Part shown: positions 56,701-64,000 of the stretch, one piece after another
Position numbering within the stretch: the first letter of the stretch is position 1
Layout of the letters: every line of letters starts with the position of its first letter
From: Macrostomum lignano
Taxonomy: Eukaryota
Length of the DNA stretch: 64,000 bases
Reading direction: 5' to 3'
NCBI GenBank assembly: GCA_002269645.1
Contig: NIVC01000530.1
Location: 372,001-436,000 of the forward strand
Position numbers and translations under genes: made by a program
Notes under the pieces: generated by a model
The model's input: the letters and a program-made list of their open reading frames with translations, nothing else
What the model was told of the DNA's origin: nothing
Databases searched by the model: none

Positions 56701-56820
56701 CTCTTTAACAGGATATTCTCCATAATTGAAAATTATTCTCACATTCCAATTTAGAGAATAAATTTGCATAAAAACTTACCAGGATAGAACAGCAAACGAA
56801 CGAACGATGACCCGCGCTAG

Positions 56821-57233
56821 TTAGTATTCAACTGAAAAATCTGCTCCTTTGTTTTGCTTCTCTTTGAGATCTATTAACTCTGCTTTCCGCTTTGCAGCTG
56901 AAAATATGAAAAAATTAATAGATGAAAAAATGCTTAAAAACTGAAACTGAGCTTAAGAACGTTTTAGAACGTAGTTTAAGAGAATTAACGGGCTGCCTAA
57001 ACAAATATATATATATACATTATAACATTACCAATGTCTTACATTACCGCCTATTCTCATTGGCTAACAAAGAGGTGGGGTGATTACCAGGCCAAGCTCA
57101 GCTGAGAGAGAGAGAGACAGCTTTCCAGGAAACCCCCCTCCCCGCCGCCCTCAAAGCCAGACACGCAGAGCTGACCTTGAGAATAGACCAATGAAATTGC
57201 AGCTCCTAGCTTTTGGGTGTACGGGTCGATTTC
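56821..57233 (-). CDS. Last two coding exons of an unidentified small gene (57233-57176, 56897-56821)
   Basis: A phase-1 GT-AG join gives EIDPYTQKLGAAISLVYSQAAKRKAELIDLKEKQNKGADFSVEY*. Upstream exons were not resolved and no family was recognised. Confidence 0.4.
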
Positions 57234-57559
57234 CTGGAATATAGACACACACACAGGAAGAGGGGAAGAGAGGGGGGTTGCCCACGTGGTTTCTTCAAAA
57301 AATTGTCGTACACACACAGCATGGCCGCCTTAGCTATAACCAGACGCGTAGACCCTATGCAGAGTCAGAGAGAGAAAACATCTAAAAGTGCACATACACT
57401 ACGGATGTACAGATTTGGGACGTGGGACTAAATCAAGGCAGAGTTCATTGGGCCCGCCTACGCAGATGGGACGGCAGCAAAGCAGAACACAGCATCCGGC
57501 TAACTGCTAACTTGAATCAGACTCTAATACAAATACTGAGCTAGACATTAAGACGTAGT

Positions 57560-58420
57560 GGGGTACACATTAAAGACACACTGAGGTGCACATTAAAGAC
57601 ACACTGAGGTACACATTAAAGACACACTGATGTACACATTAAGACACACTGAGGTACACATTAAAGACACACTGAGGTACACATTAAAGACACACTGAGG
57701 TACACATTAAGATACACTGAGGTACACATTAAGATACACTGAGGTACACATTAAAAACACACTGAGGTACACATTAAAAACACACTGAGGTACACATTAA
57801 AGACACACTGAGGTACACATTAAGATACACTGAGGTACACATTAAGATACACTGAGGTACACATTAAAAACACACTGAGGTACACATTAAAGACACACTG
57901 AGGTACACATTAAGATACACTGAGGTACACATTAAGATACACTGAGGTACACATTAAAAACACACTGAGGTACACATTAAAAACACACTGAGGTACACAT
58001 TAAAGACACACTGAGGTACACATTAAGATACACTGAGGTACACATTAAGATACACTGAGGTACACATTAAAAACACACTGAGGTACACATTAAAGACACA
58101 CTGAGGTACACATTAAGATACACTGAGGTACACATTAAGATACACTGAGGTACACATTAAAAACACACTGAGGTACACATTAAAGACACACTGAGGTACA
58201 CATTAAGACACACTGAGGTACACATTAAAAACATACTGAGGTACACATTAAGATACACTGAGGTACACATTAAGTCACACTGCAGGCACACATTAAGTCA
58301 CAGTGCAGGCACACATTAAGTCACACTGCAGGCACACATTAAGTCACAGTGCAGGCACACATTAAGTCACACTGCAGGTACCTAAGTCACAGAGGTACAC
58401 ATTAAGTCACTGAGGTACAT
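57560..58420 (+). repeat. 22-23-bp minisatellite
   Basis: ACACTGAGGTACACATTAAGAC units. Confidence 0.97.
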
Positions 58421-59054
58421 AGCAAGACAGATACTTTACGTGGATTTATAAAGATATGAGGTAGACTAAGAGAGTCGGTGCAAAAATATTTTATTCAGTA
58501 TAGATAAGAGAATGTCAGTGGATCAGGCCAGAACCATGTGACACGAAAATATTCAACATTATCAGTATACTCGTAAGTTTATTACGGTAAAGTACGAAGT
58601 CACATACTCTCTCTCTTTCTCTCTCGCTCCAGTGGTCTGTACAAACTAGCTAACTACACAATAGGGCGAAGAACGTGGACACAGCGTGCAAGCAAACATT
58701 GGGGACATTGGGGACAGTGCAACAAGGGACAGTACTAGCACTACTAGTATAGAGAACGGAACTCGAGTGTAAAGGGTTGAAGGTTTGAAAAAAATATAAA
58801 TTTCGTCATTTACTAAAAGTACATCGCCTCTGAAATGCCTGGAACTCTAGGCGGCTGCCTACTAGGGGGAGAAGCCCACGTGGTTTAAATCTCGAGGCCA
58901 AAATTCACATGACATCCAGACTGGTCTGTCTGTGACTAACTACAAGGTAGCTCACATGATTAGATTGATCCAGGGAAGTACAGACCAGGTGTACCGTACA
59001 GAAAGACATTTATGGCTCATGCTAGGCATGGCTGCGAGATTTTTAAATAAGTCC

Positions 59055-60150
59055 TGACCCACTGATGACTGATTGACAACAATGGGTTAAAGGTATAGTC
59101 ATGACCCACCGATGACTGATTGACAACAATGGGTTAAAGGTAGTCCTGACTCACTGATGACTGATTGACAACAATGGGTTAAAGGTAGTCCTGACTCACT
59201 GATGACTGATTGATAACAATGGGTTAAAGGTAGTCCTGACTCACTGATGACTGATTGACAACAATGGGTTAAAGGTAGTCCTGACTCACTGATGACTGAT
59301 TGACAACAATGGGTGAAAGGTAGTCATGACTCACTGATGACTGATTGATAACAATGGGTTAAAGGTAGTCCTGACTCACTGATGACTGATTGACAACAAT
59401 GGGTTAAAGGTAGTCCTGACCCACTGATGACTGATTGACAACAATGGGTTAAAGGTAGTCCTGACTCACTGATGACTGATTGACAACAATGGGTTAAAGG
59501 TAGTCCTGACTCACTGATGACTGATTGACAACAATGGGTTAAAGGTAGTCCTGACCCACTGATGACTGATTGACAACAATGGGTTAAAGGTAGTCCTGAC
59601 TCACTGATGACTGATTGACAACAATGGTTGAAAGGTAGTCATGACCCACTGATGACTGATTGATAACAATGGGTTAAAGGTAGTCCTGACTCACTGATGA
59701 CTGATTGACAACAATGGGTTAAAGGTAGTCCTGACTCACTGATGACTGATTGACAACAATGGGTGAAAGGTAGTCATGACCCACTGATGACTGATTGACA
59801 ACAATGGGTTAAAGGTAGTCCTGACTCACTGATGACTGATTGACAACAATGGGTTAAAGGTAGTCCTGACTCACTGATGACTGATTGACAACAATGGGTT
59901 AAATGTATAGTCATGACCCAATGGTGACTGATTGACAACAATGGGTTAAAGGTAGTCCTGACTCACTGATGACTGATTGACAACAATGGGTTAAAGGTAG
60001 TCCTGACTCACTGATGACTGATTGACAACAATGGGTTAAATGTATAGTCATGACCCAATGGTGACTGATTGACAACAATGGGTTAAAGGTAGTCATGACC
60101 CACTGATGACTGATTAACAACAATGGGTTACAGGTATAGTCCTGACCCAC
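59055..60150 (+). repeat. 45-bp minisatellite x about 24
   Basis: CTGACTCACTGATGACTGATTGACAACAATGGGTTAAAGGTAGTC units. Confidence 0.97.
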
Positions 60151-60829
60151 TTTTGATTGATTAAGACAAAAATCAATTTTAAGTTATCTACTTGCCGCTG
60201 TGAGTAGTATACTCTGCTAAATAAAGAAACTATATACCATTAGGTGTCAAAGAATCAAAGAAAAAACAGTTTTTACCTGGCGTCTAATATTCAATTGAGA
60301 ATAATATTAGCCGTAACTAAGGCGCAATTATATAGTTTGACTATGTTTCATACCTACGACTAATTGTTTCATTAGCATAAAGATTTGTATGAATTTTCAC
60401 ATGGGTAAATTATAACAAATATTATTATGTAAAGCAATAAGAAGGCACAGCACAACATACAGAAAAGCAGAGACAGATCACATCTCGACAAGAGAGATTT
60501 TAACAGAGTCAGTGCTATTAATGGAAATAATTATTGCTTAATATAGAATAAAATTTGGGGGTGTATTATCTCAATTGCACCCAGTTACTAAATTACACTT
60601 ATTGAAGTAACAATGCGATGACAATAAAAAATAACAGTTTTGTATAATTATGGGAAATAATATATAATATATTTATTAGCACCGAACAATGATGGAAGGT
60701 ACGCGTAATTAAAATGAGTAATTCATCACAAGATAATTTCATATAGTCTGCTTCTGTTTACGAAAAGAAAATAATTTAAAGAACTTTTACATTATGGCTT
60801 GATAAAACAGATGAAAGTGAAATGAGTTT

Positions 60830-61420
60830 CTGTGAGAGGGTGGGTGCGATGGTAAGAGGGTAGGTGAGAGGGTGAATGAGAGGGTAAGAGAGTAGGTGAG
60901 AGGGTAAGAAGGTAGGTGAGAGGGTAAGAGAGTAGATGAGAGGGTAAGAGGGTGGGTGAGAGGGTAAGTAAGAGGGTGGGTGAGAGGGTAAGATGGTGGG
61001 TGAGAGGGTAAGAGAGTAGGTGAGAGGGTAAGAGGGTGGGTGAGAGGGTAAGAGGGTGGGTGAGAGGGTGGGTGAGAGGGTAAGATGGTGGGTGAGAGGG
61101 TAAGAGAGTAGGTGAGAGGGTAAGAGGGTGGGTGAGAGGGTAAGAGAGTAGGTGAGAGGGTAAGAGGGCGGGTGAGAGGGTAAGAGAGTAGGTGAGAGGG
61201 TAAGAGAGTAGGTGAGAGGGTAAGAGAGTGGGTGAGAGGGTAAAAGAGTAGGTGAGAGGGTAAGAGGGCGGGTGAGAGGGTAAGAGAGTAGGTGAGAGGG
61301 TAAGAGGGCGGGTGAGAGGGTAAGAGAGTAGGTGAGAGGGTAAGAGAGTGGGTGAGAGGGTAAGAGAGTAGGTGAGGGGGTAAGAGGGTAAGAGGGTAAG
61401 AAGGTGAGAGGGTAAGAGGG
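60830..61420 (+). repeat. 20-bp purine-rich minisatellite
   Basis: GGGTAAGAGAGTAGGTGAGA / GGGTAAGAGGGTGGGTGAGA units. Confidence 0.96.
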
Positions 61421-61561
61421 TGTGTAGCACTGTTGCGCTCAAGAACAGGTAACTGCAAGCTAATGAAGCCGGATACAAAACAACAAACTACTGCAATTCA
61501 AAATCTCACAACAGATAATAACCACCCCCTCCCTAAAATCGCAACTGGTAAAAAATTATTC

Positions 61562-62983
61562 TTAAATCTTTTCTAACGCAGCCTTGACCTCAGCGCTACC
61601 GCTGTCGGTCCTGAGCATAATGAAGCTCTGCTTGACCTCCCTACTCAACGATCGAAGCGACTCCTCCTCGCAGATGTCGTGCAGATTAGCTGGTTGGATC
61701 ACCAGCAAGTTCAGCAGTTTGCACAGCACATCGTAAAGGTCGTGGCCGTCAACAAGGAACCCGGAGTGCCTGACCGGTTTCAGACAGGCCATGTACTCCG
61801 TGAGGTCGCACAGCGCTTGCAGGCCGCCAGACAGGGAGTACTTGAACTTGTGCAGGTGCTCCACCAGGCATCTGGGGTCGGGGGAGATATGGGATGCAGA
61901 ATGTGGCTTCTCGTTCAAATCCTTAATCCCGTAATCCTTATCTTCAAACCTGATCCTCTCCATAATTTCCTATCTCATTTTCCCCATACCCCTGCATCCC
62001 AAAATCCTCATACTTAAATCCCATCTTTTGTCCCCCTTCCTCAGCATTTCAAATCTCCGCCCTAAAGCATCCCAAGTTTCCAATTTTAGCATCGCAAATC
62101 TCCATCCTCAGCATCCCAAGTCATTATCCTCCGCGTCCCGAATCCTCATCCTCAGCAGCCCGAATCACCATAACCTGAACATACTAAATTCCCATCCTCA
62201 GCATTCCAAATCCCCATATCCTCAGCATCCCAAATCCCCATATCCTCAGCATCTCAAATCCCCATATCCTCAGCATCCCGAATCACCATAACCTGAACAT
62301 ACTAAATTCCCATCCTCAGCATTCCAAATCCCCATATCCTCAGCATCCCAAATCCCCATATCCTCAGCATCCCAAATCCCCATATCCTCAGCATCCGAAA
62401 TCCCCATATCCTCAGCATCCCAAATCCTCATATCCTCAGCATCCCAAATCCCCATATACTCAGCATCCCAAATCTCCATATCCTCAGCATCCCAAATCCC
62501 CATATCCTCAGCATTCCAAATCCCCATATCCTCAGCATCCGAAATCCCCATATCCTCAGCATCCCAAATCCTCATATCCTCTGCATCCCAAATCCCCATA
62601 TCCTCAGCATCCGAAATCCCCATTGTCAGCATCCCAAATTCCATCCCATCTCCAATCCAACCCTCCATCTCCGCCACCCACCTGTACAGCCGGATCCCCA
62701 GCTCATCCCGGAACAGCTGCCCATTCTTGCCGTCCAGGAAGGCCAGCCGCCCCACCACGTGGCCGCTGATGTAGGCGCAGACCTGGGCGCAGGCGTGCGT
62801 AGCGCCACCGCTGATGCTGGCGCCGCCGTCTGAACCGCCGATTGGTGGGCGAAAATCAGCAGCTTTCTGCTCGGAGTTCAACAGGTGCCGGACGTGGCCG
62901 ACAATGGCGGCCAGGGTTCGCTCCAGGCCTTGCTGGATTTGAGCTTCCAGACCGCAGCTGATTGCTCGACGACGCTCTTGCAC
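61562..62983 (-). CDS. EXOC5: Exocyst complex component 5 (Sec10), last two exons (62983-62682, 61871-61562); the gene continues beyond the window
   Basis: GLERTLAAIVGHVRHLLNSEQKAADFRP, TxACAQVCAYI, LDGKN..ELGIRLYR|CLVEHL..FKYS..GGLQALCD..EY, LLNLLVIQPANL, SFIMLRTD. Phase-2 junction. Confidence 0.93.
62150..62635 (+). repeat. 24-bp minisatellite in the last EXOC5 intron
   Basis: CCTCAGCATCCCAAATCCCCATAT units. Confidence 0.96.
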
Positions 62984-63069
62984 CTTGGGTGGGGGATTTG
63001 AGAAGTGGGAGTCAAGTCTGGACAATGAAATCCCACATGTAAACAGTTGAACCAGATATTTATACAATT

Positions 63070-64000
63070 TATCTAAAATCAAAGCAGAGATCTACACAAT
63101 CAAATCAGAGATCTACACAATCAAAGCAGAGATCTACAAAATCAAAGCAGAGATCTACACAATCAAAGCAGAGATCTACACAATCAAAGCAGAGATCTAC
63201 ACAATCAAAGCAGAGATCTACACAATCAAAGCAGAGATCTACACAATCAAAGCAGAGATCTACACAATCAAAGCAGAGATCTACACAATCAAAGCAGAGA
63301 TCTACACAATTGATCTACACAATTAAAACGGAGATCTACACACTGATCTACACAATCAAAGCAGAGATCTACGTACACACTGAGCTACACAATCAAAGCA
63401 GAGATCTACACACTGAGCTACACAATCAAAGCAGAGATCTACACACTGAGCTACACAATCAAAGCAGAGATCTACACACTGAGCTACACAATCAAAGCAG
63501 AAATCTACACACTGAGCTACACAATCAAAGCAGAGATCTACACAATTAAAGCAGAGATCTACACAATCAAAGCAGAGATCTACACACTGATCTACACAAT
63601 CAAAGCAGAGATCTACACACTGAGCTACACAATAAAAGCAGAAATCTACACACTGAGCTACACAATCAAAGCAGAGAACTACACAATTAAAGCAGAGATC
63701 TACACAATCAAAGCAGAGATCTACACACTGATCTACACCATCAAAGCAGAGATCTACACACTGAGCTACACAATCAAAGCAGAGATCTACACACTGAGCT
63801 ACACAATAAAAGCAGAAATCTACACACTGAGCTACACAATCAAAGCAGAGAACTACACAATTAAAGCAGAGATCTACACAATCAAAGCAGAGATCTACAC
63901 ACTGATCTAAACAATCAAAGCAGAGATCTACACACTGAGCTACACAATCAAAGCAGAGATCTACACACTGAGCTACACAATCAAAGCAGATATCTACACA
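63070..64000 (+). repeat. 21/33-bp minisatellite in an EXOC5 intron
   Basis: AGAGATCTACACAATCAAAGC units, with a variant carrying ACTGAGCTACAC. Confidence 0.97.

Overview
Eukaryotic (animal) genomic DNA with spliceosomal GT-AG introns and no prokaryotic features. The minisatellite-filled introns and overall style suggest a free-living flatworm such as Macrostomum, but that is inference only. The window has two halves. (1) 1-35.4 kb is a tandem array with a period of about 17.5 kb carrying five paralogues (one partial) of an unannotated 5-exon type I membrane protein family: signal peptide, CUB-like domain, degenerate C-type-lectin-like domain, TM, and a variable tail. One paralogue carries a nested stack in intron 3: foldback/MITE > Mag-like Ty3/gypsy element (5-bp TSD GCATC) > a private insertion in each copy (a Crypton-type tyrosine-recombinase element in copy A, a 341-bp solo LTR in copy B). 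Each of the first two units also has a 5'-truncated RNase H-bearing LINE. (2) 35.4-64 kb holds minus-strand genes, most of whose long introns are filled with tandem repeats: an orphan receptor of at least 11 exons (signal peptide, discoidin/F-lectin-like domain, Ig-like domains, TM, candidate phosphotyrosine tail), a complete 7-exon eEF2 kinase with two heat-shock elements upstream, a small unidentified spliced gene, and the last two exons of EXOC5/Sec10. The best novelty candidates are the lectin/Ig receptor cluster with swapped signalling tails and the Crypton with mixed direct and inverted terminal repeats. All alignments and domain calls were made by eye.
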